From contig NC_068997.1 in the NCBI RefSeq assembly GCF_001194135.2, positions 8,724,824-8,759,304 on the forward strand: a stretch of 34,481 nucleotides of DNA, in the 5' to 3' direction. The translations under genes were made by a program, and so were the position numbers. Below are positions 10,931-23,022 of this stretch, piece after piece (the stretch's first letter is position 1; every line of letters begins with the position of its first letter). Origin of the DNA: Octopus bimaculoides. Its lineage: Eukaryota. Below the pieces are notes generated by a model, which had not been told where the DNA came from, did not search any database, and was given only the letters and a program-made list of their open reading frames with translations.

Positions 10931-11400
10931 TATGGCAAAAGACACTTGCCCCAAGATGTCACACAATGAAATCGAACCCCAGACCTCGTTATTGCAAGCA
11001 AACTTCCTAACCTAACTGTTTGGCACACAATATGTGGCATCAACAATGGAGACAATAAAGTTTTGGGTATTTAGCTACATTCCTTTCTATACTGAGTTCA
11101 AATCCTTCCACAGCTGGTTATTCTTTTCTCATTTCTCTCCCTTCCTGGCTGATAAAATAAATACCAGTAATACATGGAGATTTGACCCTGTCCTCGTTTC
11201 TCCCCTTCCCTTTCTAATTTCTGGTGCTGTGCCAAAGTTAGAAGAAATCTATATTATTGAGGCAAATTCACAGTCAACCAATCATCGTTTATTTCACAGC
11301 ATTTCTCTGCCAATTAATCTCTTGCTATTTCTTTCAAGCATTCCTACTTCCATTCTGCAAATTGTATCTAAAATCTGTCCCTCCCTCCTCNNNNNNNNNN

Positions 11401-11454
<54 letters not shown>

Positions 11455-11809
11455 TTGTTTAGTCATTGTAAATGAAGAATTGATATTTTAGTCCTGTTTA
11501 ACCCTCCACGATTACTCCGAGAGTATATAATTAGAATAAATTCTAACTTTATTTTAAAATCTTAAAGTATTTTTCTCTCTACATACAGATATTGTATATG
11601 TATGTGTGTGTTTATGTATGTGTATATATATGTACATATATGTATATATATATGAGTGTGTATATGTATATGTGTTTTTGTGTGTGTGTATATATGTGTA
11701 TTTGTGCGTATATATGTATGTATATATGTGTGTGTTTGTATAATATATATATAATGTGTATATATATAATATTTATGTATATAATATATAATATATATAT
11801 ATATATATA

Positions 11810-12332
11810 NNNNNNNNNNNNNNNNNNNNNNNNNNNNNNNNNNNNNNNNNNNNNNNNNNNNNNNNNNNNNNNNNNNNNNNNNNNNNNNNNNNNNNNNNNN
11901 NNNNNNNNNNNNNNNNNNNNNNNNNNNNNNNNNNNNNNNNNNNNNNNNNNNNNNNNNNNNNNNNNNNNNNNNNNNNNNNNNNNNNNNNNNNNNNNNNNNN
12001 NNNNNNNNNNNNNNNNNNNNNNNNNNNNNNNNNNNNNNNNNNNNNNNNNNNNNNNNNNNNNNNNNNNNNNNNNNNNNNNNNNNNNNNNNNNNNNNNNNNN
12101 NNNNNNNNNNNNNNNNNNNNNNNNNNNNNNNNNNNNNNNNNNNNNNNNNNNNNNNNNNNNNNNNNNNNNNNNNNNNNNNNNNNNNNNNNNNNNNNNNNNN
12201 NNNNNNNNNNNNNNNNNNNNNNNNNNNNNNNNNNNNNNNNNNNNNNNNNNNNNNNNNNNNNNNNNNNNNNNNNNNNNNNNNNNNNNNNNNNNNNNNNNNN
12301 NNNNNNNNNNNNNNNNNNNNNNNNNNNNNNNN
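11810..12332. other. Assembly gap (others: 11391-11400, 23579-23588, 24064-24669, 28442-28872)
   Basis: Runs of N, most flanked by microsatellites. Confidence 1.
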
Positions 12333-12846
12333 TACTAAAATGGTAACCTCTTATGATTTGATTCTTAGTTCTATCACAGTATTTATTGATTTTGCTTTGA
12401 CAAGATTCCTATTTTTATCTGATTGTTATCATGGAAGCAGGATAAGAATTTTATGAATAAATTATTTTGAGGCGAAAGAAAACTCGACATTTTTTCTTTC
12501 AGTTTTGTTGTTGCTTTTTTTTTTTCTTTCTGTTTTCTTTCCTTTCTTTCGTTCTTTGTTTCTGATAAATAGTTATTTCAGTTTGAATTTTATATGAACT
12601 TTGAAAGAAACATAGTTTGTTTTTTTTTGTGTTTGTTTGTTTAGTTTTTATTTTTCTGAAATGTTTGTATCTTAAAATAGTTTTCAATTTTATTTTCCTT
12701 TTTTTATCTCTTCTTTATTTTATTTTATTTTATTTTACACATTATCAGTTAATTATTCAAATTATACAATAATATGAATTGCAATAACAGAATTGCATCT
12801 GTATGTATGTGTGTGTGTGTGTGTATAGATATGTTTATAGACATAG

Positions 12847-13011
12847 ATTTCAAATTTTGGCACAAGGCCAGCAACTTCAGGGAAAGAGATAAGTTGATTA
12901 CACTGATCCCAGTGTTCAACTGGTACTTACTTTATCGATCACAAAAGGATGAAAGGCTAAGTCCACCTCTGCGGAATCTGAACTCAGAACATAAATGATG
13001 GACAAAATGCT
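12847..13011 (-). mobile_element. Family-A SINE, 5'-truncated
   Basis: tttcaaattttggcacaaggccagc...actggtacttac...gaactcagaac. Confidence 0.8.
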
Positions 13012-13107
13012 ACACTGTGTGTGTGTGTGTGTGTACACGCATGTGTGTTTATTTATTTGCTGATATACTTACATATCACTTATATGTTTCAACATCTCTC
13101 TCCCTCC

Positions 13108-13162
<55 letters not shown>

Positions 13163-13639
13163 AACATCTTACCCACAAATGAACACTTCAAAGACTATTT
13201 AAAATAAATAAACTCTTAGGAAATTCCGGGTTTTTACGCGCACACTTGTACATACACATGTATCTGAAAACTTGAAAATATAGTGAAAAATATCTGCAAT
13301 TGCCTCCCTGTGTGTCTTTGACCTAATTTGTGTGTATGTATGCATGTGTGTGTGTGTGTGTGTTTGTGATAGGAATTACAGCTCTGATCAGTAATGGACT
13401 CCTTCTTTGTTGTGTCGTGATTAAACAGTTTTAAAATGTGAGACTGTCTTTGTGGATTCAGTCTTGACTTAATTGATACCAACCTCTTGTCTTATTAAGG
13501 ATTCACTGTCTTGCAGCACATGTGCACACACACACACACACACACACTTGTGTCCATGTGCACGCATATATGTACACAATCTTTTGTTGTCTTTCTTCTT
13601 CTATTGATAAAACAACTCGTGTTGGTGGTGAAGCACATA

Positions 13640-13935
13640 CACATGCACACATACAAACAATCACACACACACACACACACTCTACCGTTACCACCACCAC
13701 CACCACCACCTCTACTGCTGTTCCCGCTGCCAACTGCAGCAACAGCACTGCCAATAACCATTATTAGCATCTGTCCTAAACACTATCAACACCAAACAGA
13801 CACACACACATGCTACTATCATCACCATTGTCATTCATTATCACCATCAGCATCATTATCATCATCATCATCAGCGGCAGCAGTATTACCGATACTGCTG
13901 CTGTTGCTGATGGTGGTGCTGCTGCCGCCATGATC
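13640..13935. repeat. Compound CA/CAC/CAT/CAG-CTG low-complexity tract
   Basis: Directly visible; source of the His/Pro/Ser-rich pseudo-ORFs. A similar tract lies at 14730-14875. Confidence 0.85.
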
Positions 13936-14261
13936 ACTAACATCAAAGAGAGAGCCTGTAGGCAGTCAACCAATATGCTAAAAATGGCAACCTCAGATAT
14001 ATTCTACTGCATTGAAAAAGAAAACACACACATGCACACACATTGGAAATGTAGTTTCTGATGTCCAAAAAGGACAGGATGGTCATGGCTGGAACGTCTT
14101 TGATTATACCCTCACTCAATCAGTGCAGACCTAGAGTTTAACAATAACAACCACAAAAAAAAGGGACCTTTATGTAGTTGCCCTACCTGCCAGAAATAGT
14201 CAAATCTCCCTTAAAAAAAATTTTTTAAATCAGCCTATTTATATTTCATCTTTTACTTGTT

Positions 14262-14541
14262 TCAGTCATTCGACTCTGGCCAAGCTGGAGCACCACCTTG
14301 AAGGATTTACTTAAACAAATCAATACCAGTATTTATTTTCTTATGTTTAGTACTTATTTTGCCCCCACCCCACCCCCACACACCCCACACACAACAGGCT
14401 TCTTTCAGTTTCTCTCTACCAAATCCATTCACAAAGCTCTGGTCGACCTAGGGCTATAGTGGAGGATACCTGCTTAAGGTGCCAAGCAGTGGGATTGAAC
14501 CTGAAAGCATGTGGTTGGCAAGCAAACAGCCATGCCTGTGC
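14262..14541 (-). mobile_element. Family-B CORE-type SINE, internally deleted
   Basis: ttcagtcattcgactctggccaagctggagcaccaccttgaag ... caaatccattcacaaagc...gggattgaacc...agccatgcctg. Confidence 0.75.
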
Positions 14542-15436
14542 CTATTGCTATCTTTAGCAAAAAAAGAAAAGAAAAGAAAAAAAAAGGATGTTAAATAATT
14601 CCATATCAGATACAACATTGTGTCCAAATAAAAGATGAGGTGGTCATGGTTGGAATGTCTTGATTATTACAAATTTGTTTTATCATATCAGAGGTACCTG
14701 AGATTCAACAACATCCAATGTAATGCCATCATGTGCACATCACCACCACCATAATCGTCATCATCATCATCATAGCCACCACCACCACCACTATAATTTA
14801 TTATCATCTTCACCACCACACCATAATCATCATTACCCTCCCCCATCATCATCATCATCATCATCATCATCTGTACCCATTGTTGTAGTTATTCTTGGTC
14901 ACACTCCCACATAAACTTTCACCAGATTCTTCATCATGATACTACTATGATATTTCTGGAGATTATTTTCTTCAGGTTTTCCTCAAAATAACAAAAATAA
15001 TTTCCATGATATTCACCCTTTATTGAAGAACACCTGTATTGGCTGGAAAACATCTCTGTATTCGTTCTGAAGTGGTGCCATTCTGCTTATCTTCGCTGCA
15101 TTACAAGTTGACAGTCATTGTTTCCATTTAGGGATGGAAGAAGGTTTAAAGACAAATATTTTGCCTGTCAGGCATGATCCATTAGGACTTTGGTTCCATT
15201 AATCTGGATCTATACCAATATTATTGTTGTTGTTGGCGTTTTCTTTTTTTTTTTTTTATTATTATTTTTATAACTACCATGGTTACTAGAAATATTCCTA
15301 ATAGAAATAAAATATATTTACTTTCTGTTATCTTGTTTGAAATGTTTTTTGGCAAGGCATAATGGGGGAAGGGAGCAGTTTTCGTTAAGGAGGATTGCAG
15401 TCAATCAACATGGTTGTATTGGCTCTGTTGGATAAA

Positions 15437-15451
15437 AGGTCAACTTGACCT
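15437..15451. promoter_or_regulatory. Perfect IR3 nuclear-receptor palindrome AGGTCA-act-TGACCT (ERE consensus), function unproven
   Basis: Exact sequence match, with GATAAA immediately 5'; may be a decayed SINE fragment. Confidence 0.3.
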
Positions 15452-15747
15452 CTCTCCTGCCCCTTTCTTTTCCTCCCTGCATTAGTATTTGAACTGAAAT
15501 AAAACCAAACAATTTTCTAAAGTATTTATTTAGCTTTGCACTTAACTGACTCAGTGGTCCTCACCTCTCTGCACTCCATGTAGCACTTCTAGCATTTTCC
15601 AAATTATCTAATGGTGTTTTTCTTTTCTCTCTCTCTTTTTTTTTTCTTTTGTTTTATTTAACTCTATGTTTCTCAACCATTTTTCTCCTTTAGACCTCTT
15701 TGATTTCTATTTTACTTGAATGGTCACTCTAGACATTAGATGTTTGA

Positions 15748-15898
15748 CCCTTTCATTGCCAACCCAGCTGAGTACAGATGTCTTATGTTCCTAACACCAG
15801 CCGAATGATAACTAAGTTATTTTACTAAATTCTTTGTTATATTTAAAGTAATTGAACCAAACACAGAGCATCTCAAAACAAATACAGTAACGAAAGGG
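15748..15898. mobile_element. Internally deleted copy of the piggyBac-like MITE
   Basis: ttga-ccctttcattgcc ... gtaacgaaaggg-ttaa; right two-thirds nearly identical to 7590-7705. Confidence 0.8.
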
Positions 15899-15957
15899 TT
15901 AAGATACCATTTTACATATTTTGTGTCTTGTAGAAATCTAACAAATTTCCTATTTTA

Positions 15958-16478
15958 CTTGCTGGAGCACCGCTGTTAGTCAAACAGATCGATCCCTGGA
16001 CTTGCTCTTTGTAAGCCTAGTACTTATTCTATTGGTCTCTTTTGCCAAACTGCTAAGTTACAGGGACGTAAACATACCAGCATCAGTTGTCAAACGATGG
16101 GGGGGGGGGGCAAACACCGACATTATCATCTTCATCATCCAATGTTTTAAATCCAAGTTTTGTCCCCATTAACAGTGGTGGCTGGATCTACCTCAGTGCC
16201 ATAGCAACCACCCTCACGCCATCTTGCCCGGTTTTGGACATCCTCCCTTCTCAAGCCAACCCTCCCAATCCTTTCCTCCATATTTTCATCACACAATATA
16301 TATATATATATACAATGGGCTTCTTTCAGTTTCCATCTCCCAAATCCACTCACTAGGTCTTCTACTATAGCCTGAGGCTATAGTAGAAGACATTTGACCA
16401 AGGTACCATGCAATGGGACTAAACCCAGAATCATGTGATTGGGAAGCAAGCTTCTTACCACATAGCCACTCCTGCACC
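15958..16478 (-). mobile_element. Family-B CORE-type SINE with expanded internal simple-sequence region
   Basis: gctggagcaccg...gttgtcaaacgatgg [~190 bp low complexity] caatgggcttctttcagtttcc...accacatagccactcctgc. Confidence 0.8.
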
Positions 16479-16550
16479 TAAATTTTAGCAACAAACTCTC
16501 ATATGGACCCCAGGGGCCATGTGGACCCTGGTTGAGAACCATTGATTTAA

Positions 16551-16755
16551 CCCTTTTGATACCAACCCTGGTTCTATGATACAAACTTCCTGGTTTAAAG
16601 AGATCTGGATTCAAGTGATCTACATAAAATTCTATGTTAATCTATGTTCCAGACACTAGCTTCATAAAGCATTATTTTTCTAAATGCTTTATTATTTTCA
16701 AAATTAATTAAAACAAAGGCCAGTATATTTCGACAGAAATATGGTAACAAAAGGG
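16551..16755. mobile_element. piggyBac-like MITE, related subfamily, TTAA-flanked
   Basis: TTAA (16547-16550) cccttttgatacc ... ggtaacaaaaggg TTAA (16756-16759). Confidence 0.8.
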
Positions 16756-17248
16756 TTAAGACAGTGGGCTGATATTTGACTGCTGTTTTCAGCAGGCTTG
16801 GTAACTATAATCTGCTCTATAATCCACTCAAAATGCCATGGGATCAATTATTTTAGATGATGGAGGTATAACCAGACACTCTGACCCAACGAAATATTGT
16901 GAAATCTCTTAATTTTATTAAACCTGGTGATTTGTCTTCCCCATCACCATTATCCCATGTGAAGCCTCCACTATACTGCTGCGCCTATGAGGCCTCCGCT
17001 GCACCTATGAAAGCCTCTGCTGCACGTGTGAGAAACTGATTTGTCTCTCACTATCCATGTTGATAATCTTAGGATACTCTCAACTTAGTTTCTGTCTTGC
17101 AGTTTTGTGGAATTAGAATTAAGCTTCCTGCACATGTAATAAGTCCCAAGCTTTGAAAAATAGAAAAAATGTACTGGAGTTGATTGATTCAACTAAAATT
17201 CTTCAAAGCAGTGCTCCAGCATGAACACAGTCTAGTGACTGAAACAAA

Positions 17249-17615
17249 TTGTTGTTGGCACTCCGTCGCTTACGACGTTGAGGGTTCCAGTTGATCCTAT
17301 CAACGGAACAGCCTGAGTGGCTGAGCACTCCACAGACACGTGTACCCTTAACGTAGTTCTTGGGGATATTCAGCATGACACAGTGTGACAAGGCTGACCC
17401 TTTGAATTACAGGCATAACAGAAACAGGAAGTAAGAGTGAGAGAAAGTTGTGGTGGAAGAGTACAGCAGGGTTCGCCACCATCCCCTGCCGGAGCCTCGT
17501 AGAGCTTTTAGGTGTTTTTACTCAATAAACTCACAACGCCCGGTCTGGGAATCGAAACTGTGATCCTATGACCGCGAGTCCGCTGCCCTAACCACTGGGT
17601 CATTGCGCCTCCACA
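17249..17615 (-). mobile_element. tRNA-derived SINE (CAA-tailed) nested in the 3' end of a family-B SINE
   Basis: Same head as 3859; TSD gactgaaacaaa at 17237-17248 and 17616-17627; host fragment at ~17155-17248. Confidence 0.9.
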
Positions 17616-18844
17616 GACTGAAACAAAACAAAGTAATTAATTTTGTGTGCCTCGTCAAAAAGAAAAGATAAGGGTTTCTTTGTATACAATTTATTGTTGA
17701 ATGGTATTTTTTTTTCTTTTGCCCATGTTAAACTATTAAATAAGTTTAACATTTCCTGTTAACATTTAAAAATTTATAAACAGAAGTCATTATGTAAACA
17801 CAATGGGGAAAAGTTCAACAAAACTAAACTCGTTGTTTGTTCCCTCTCCAAAGGGGGGGGGGGGAATGTTTGCTTAAAAAAAAAAAGGCTTCGTGCAAAC
17901 ATCCTGGTTTCCACCAAAATGGTAAAACATGAGAGAAAAGCATGAAGAAACAACAAACAAACCCAGAAACAATCCACTCATATGGCATGAAAATAAAATG
18001 TTTGGTAGTTATTTTTAAAGATTTTTTTTTTGTTGTTGTTGTTGTTGTTGTATTGTTGATTTCTATTTGTCTGTCTGTATGTGTTTGTAGTTGTTGAGTG
18101 GAGGCGGTGGGGGGTTGTAGCTGGTGATAGATGTTGTGAAGATGACACAGGAATGAGATTAGAAAGGAGACTTGTAGTTCAAACCTGTTCAGTGTATATC
18201 TGATGTTTAGTGGTGGTGGGGAGGTGGTACACGGAACTATGGTCAATGGTTGATAGAAGGATTATAATAATGGTACTGGTTCTGGTAGTGGTAATGATGA
18301 AGAATTGGATTTTTGAGTCTTTTTATGATGTCAGACACACACACACGCACACACACACACACACACACACGTTAATCATAGAAATAAAGAAATGTCATTA
18401 ACTCTACAATAAAGTAGATGACCAGCTTTGGGGCTAAATTTTGGAAGCTTGTTTCCCATCGCAGACACTATGAATTCCTGCAAGGAACTAAATGCAAACT
18501 GCATGTGTGTGTGTGTGTGTGTGCATATATACATACTTTATACATAACTAAACAGACTCATTCACTCTCTCAAAGGAACAGTTCTGTAATTTTCTGATCA
18601 TTACTCCTACTACAAGAAACATTACTGTGTGGTCATTTGGCCTGCTAGAAATAACAGTGAAATCTCCCTCAAAATCAGGCTCTGCTGACTTAAATAAGAA
18701 CACATTGGAGGAATGTGGTCCTTACTGTCTAAGAAAAAATTATCACAGGATGGTCATCTCAGACCATCTCTGACGACAGACTGAAGATGGCCATCTCTGC
18801 TTAGTGTCTTTGAATTGCTGCTTCTCCTATCATTATCATGCTCA

Positions 18845-19268
18845 TCATCATCATCATCATAATCATCCACCATTCCATGCTTGCAATGGTCAGATGGAAT
18901 TTGTTGAAGCAAATTTTCTACAGCTGGATGCCCTTCCTGTCACCAACTCTCACCCGTTTCTAAGCAAGGTAATATGTGTCCACGATCAGATGTGTTTTTC
19001 ATGGAACATTGGAAACGAACAACCTTGCTTGTATGATGATGGTACTCATGTACGACCATCATGTGATGTCTAAACAAGATTATGCACACACCTACCTATA
19101 TATATACATGACGGGCTTCATTCAGTTTCCACTGCCCAAATCCATTCACAAGGTTTGGTGTCAGTTTGGGGCTATAAAAATACTTGCCCAAGGCGTTGTG
19201 TAGAGGGACTGAACCCATGACCACATGGTTCAGTAGCAAGCTTCTCAACCACAACAGCCACCCCTGCA
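18845..19268 (-). mobile_element. Family-C body joined to a family-B head
   Basis: (cat)n-ccattccatgcttgcaatgg...ttggaaacga (18845-19075), then acgggcttcattcagtttcc...accacaacagccacccctgc (19090-19268). Confidence 0.7.
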
Positions 19269-19832
19269 CCAACTATAGATGCATACCTGTATCTATTTTT
19301 ATAATGTCTTTTGTAAAACTGACTTACCTTCTTTTCTTAATCACCATTCTCATTGAAAATGTATTTTTGATATTAGATCTACATTTAGCTACTCAATGAT
19401 ACCATTGATCCTAACCTATTATAAAGGTCTTCAGACTTTTGGAGGTGAATCATATCAATTATCTCAAAATTTAATTTTCTAGATATTTCTTGATCTTTTT
19501 CTTCGTTTATTTATTTCTCTTTCTGCAATAAGAATCTCATTCTTTTCATTTATATATACACCTGGAATCTGGAAGTTCATCAGACAGAAATTTTATCAGG
19601 GTTTTTTTTGTTTCCTTCTTTCTTTTTCTTTCTTTCTTTACTACTATGAATAACCTTTTACTTATTCATTTATTTATTAGTATTACTCAATTTCAACTAT
19701 TTTGGATATTTACATATGCATTATTGGAGCAAGGAGGGATCTCCTGGACAGCTCCAGGTTTGGTGGAGTTCTCCAGCCCTGTAGTACAGATTGTTTGCCA
19801 ACATAACTTAAAGATAACCAGTTCAGTTCTGT

Positions 19833-20220
19833 TGTTGTTGTTGGCACTCCGTCGCTTATGATGTCGAGGGTTCCAGTTGATCTGATCAACGGAACAATCT
19901 GCTTGTGAAATTATCATGCAAGTGGCTGAGCACTCCACAGACACGTGTACCCTTAATGTAGTTCTCGGGGATATTCAGCGTGACACAGTGTGACAAGGCT
20001 GACCCTTTGAATTACAGGCACAACAGAAACAGGAAGAAAGAGTGAGAGAAAGTTGTGGTGAAAGAGTACAGCAGGGTTCGCCACCATCCCCTGCCGGAGC
20101 CTCGTGGAGCTTTAGGTGTTTTCGCTCAATAAACACTCATAATGCCCAGTCTGGGAATCGAAACCACGACCCTAAGACCATGAATTCGCTGCCCTAACCA
20201 CTGGGCCATTGCGCCTCCAC
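19833..20220 (-). mobile_element. Full-length tRNA-derived SINE (CAA-tailed) with 13-bp TSD
   Basis: TSD agttcagttctgt at 19820-19832 and 20221-20233; highly similar to 17249-17615. Confidence 0.92.
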
Positions 20221-20303
20221 AGTTCAGTTCTGTAAATAGGATGTAAATAGTATTTGTTCACGAAAGGCAAAAATATGAACATTTGAGTCAAAACTAGGAT
20301 ATT

Positions 20304-20528
20304 GGTTTCAAATTTTGGCACAAGGCCAGCAATTTTGGAGTTGATTACATTAACCCCAGTGCTCAACTGGTACTTATTTTATCACTCCCCAAAAATACGG
20401 TTAATAAGAATGAATGGAATGCAAGGCAAAATTCACTTCAGTGAAATTTGAACCCAGAACATAAAGATGGATAAAATACTGCTTAGCATTTTGTCTGGCG
20501 CAATAATGATTCTGCTTGTTCGACACCT
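20304..20528 (-). mobile_element. Family-A SINE
   Basis: ggtttcaaattttggcacaaggccagc...actggtacttatt...tgcttagcattttgtctgg. Confidence 0.8.
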
Positions 20529-21442
20529 TGGTCACAACTAGAATATTAACAATGGTTATTTTATTAACTGGTGCCATATGCCCCCACCACTACTGAGACC
20601 ATTGGAATTGAACTTGCGTTCCGTGAATCATCATTAAGCGGAACAGTATAGTACTAAGCATCGGGGTCTGTGTATCATCACTCTTATGAATACTACCTCC
20701 TCCTCTTCCCCTCTTTTTCACCTCTTCCTTCTGTAGTACACTCTAGATGTCTGTTAAACCCATCAAAAGGATGAAGTGGGGGGAGGCAACAAAGAACAAG
20801 GAAGAAGAGGTGAATGAAACCTGGGAGCAGGGCAGGGGATGACTAGGAAACTTGCAAAGTCCAGTTGAGGTTTCCTCTGACCAAAATGTTAACCTGGAAT
20901 GAGGGTGTGGTGGGATGAGCTGGGAATTAGCAGTAAATATACCTCCCCCTACCCTACTCCAGCATCTTTGTCCTTCGGAGTATTAACATCTGAACACTCA
21001 CACTGACCCACACATACACACACACACATTTTTGTGGATGGGGGAGGCCTGTTTGTTTTTGTTTTGTTTTTTTTAATTCCTGCAGCCGTCAACTCGAAAG
21101 CTTTTCAAAATGGACAATGTTCCTAGTGGATTTCATCAGTTCCAGGGATGAAGGGAGAGGAGGAGACGGCTAGGAAGGACAACGGCTCTTCCTCTTAGAT
21201 AAATAAACCAACATAGAACAAAACAAGACCAAAAATTGTGAAAAAAATATATATATATATATACTTATCATTCCATTCATTCTTATAATCAAGGAACTGA
21301 CCAATTCTCATAAGGGTCTTTTTTTTTTTTTGGCTTCTGGATGTTGACAGCATAAAAAATACACCAAAAAACCCAACAAAAGCAAAAGTTGTTCTAAAAA
21401 TGGTGATAGCAGTGGTGTTGGTGGTTGGAGTGGTACTAGTGG

Positions 21443-21474
<32 letters not shown>

Positions 21475-21984
21475 ATGATGATAGTTTTGAAAACTGAGTG
21501 AGCTTATTAGTTTCAAGGTTTTATGACATTGGAATATTGATGTTGACAGAAAAAGGAATAGGTCTGGTAATACCCACCCATCCAACATTATTTTCAGCTG
21601 TTTCATCCCCTCCATTTGCCATTCTCCTACAAACACACACACACACACACACACATACACAGACTTATTGTTATGTCAGTATTTAAGGCATGCTTCTAGA
21701 CACCCTCTTCTATAAACCTCTGACATTATTTTAGCGACTTAGAGTTTACTTCAAGCTGTGAGTGCTTGTGTTATTGATATATGAATGCATTTATGTGCAT
21801 GTAAACAGGTTAAAGATGTGAGTGAGTGTGTGTGTTAATTTTTGTGTGCGTACCTGTATTCCTGCGTGCCATGAGAGATAGCTAAAAAGTGTCACATGTG
21901 GAAGGGTATCTGGCTACAAAACCCTCCCTCAAAATTTTGTTCAAGCTATACAAGTGTAGATGAGCAAAGATAATCATTTCTCCT

Positions 21985-22415
21985 GGAAGCACAATGTCTC
22001 AAATTTGGGGGAAGGTATTAAGTCGATTATATCGACCCCAGTGCATAACTGGTACTTGTTTAATCGACCCTAAAAGGGTAAGTGCATGAGTGGTGGTTCT
22101 GTGGTTAAGAACCTTGTTTCCCAACTGTCATGTAGTCTTGAGTTCAATATCAATGTGCAGTACCTTATGTCTTCTATGACAGTCTCAGGGCCAATCAAAC
22201 CCTTGTGAGTACATTTGGTAGGCAGTCACTGAAGGAAGTGCAGTGTGTGTGTGTGTGCGTGTGTTGTCTCCAGCCTTGTCTTGAGATCAGATTGGAGTTC
22301 TAAATGTGGCTATTTGCTTCCAAGTTTCCATGGAAACAGGTTAGTAACAGGAAGAGTATCCAGCTGTAAAAAATCTACCTCACCAAATTCTGTCTGACCC
22401 ATCCAAGTATGAAAA
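21985..22415. mobile_element. Cluster of family-A fragment (-), family-B head (+) and family-C body (+)
   Basis: atcgaccccagtgcataactggtac; gtggttaagaaccttgtttcccaac...ccttgtgagtacatttggtag; ggaagagtatccagctgtaaaaaatctacc. Confidence 0.65.
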
Positions 22416-22614
22416 TGGTTCAAGCCAATGGCAATTTTATAGAATAAATTTACTCTTTAGTATTTCATGGTAGTTTTATGTAATTTTGGTAACTATATCT
22501 GTTAAAATGAAATGACAGTTTATTAACTGTATGTGTGTGTGTATATATATATGTGTGTGTGTGTGTATGTATGTATGTATATATATATATATATATATTT
22601 TTTTTTTTTTTATT

Positions 22615-23022
22615 AATTTGTTTCAGTCATTTGACTACAGCCATGCTAGGGTACCACCTTGAAGGGTTTTAGTTGAATAAATTGATCCCAGGACTTACTT
22701 TTTAAGCCTAGAATAAATCAACCCTATTGACTCACTTTTTAAACCTAGAATCTACCTATTCTATCAGTCTTTTTTTGCCAAACCGCTAAGTACAGGGACA
22801 TAAACACACCAACACCAGTTGTCAAGTGGTGAAGAGGGGACAAACCCAGTCACAATGACACACACATATGTATATACACAATGGGCTTCTTTCAGTTTTC
22901 GCCTACCAAATCCACTCAGCCCAAAGCTGTAGTAGAAGACACTTGCCCAAGGTGCCACACAGTGGAACTGAACCTGGAACCATGTGGTTGGGAAGCAAGC
23001 TTTTTACCACACAGCCACGCCT
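22615..23022 (-). mobile_element. Near full-length family-B CORE-type SINE
   Basis: ttcagtcatttgactacagcc...gttgtcaagtgg...caatgggcttctttcag...gacacttgcccaaggtgcc...accacacagccacgcc. Confidence 0.85.

Noticed and set aside
13219-13228. NF-kB-like GGAAATTCC
   Set aside because: Short, imperfect motif expected by chance; no supporting context.
13865-13915. Hairpin gcagcagtat-taccg-atactgctgc
   Set aside because: Embedded in CAG/CTG/CAT low-complexity sequence, where such complementarity is expected.
18768-18805. CTGACGA and CTGAAGA-TGGC motifs
   Set aside because: No downstream GAAA, stem III or cleavage triplet.
19693-19830. Possible minus-strand exon in a GC-rich island
   Set aside because: Weak donor, no recognisable peptide and no partner exon.
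20737-20809. Exon-like segment (ctgtag|...GAG|gtgaat), or 20747-20809 MSVKPIKRMKWGEATKNKEEE
   Set aside because: Stop codons in the phase-1 frame; the open phase-0 reading does not join the 33839 exon.
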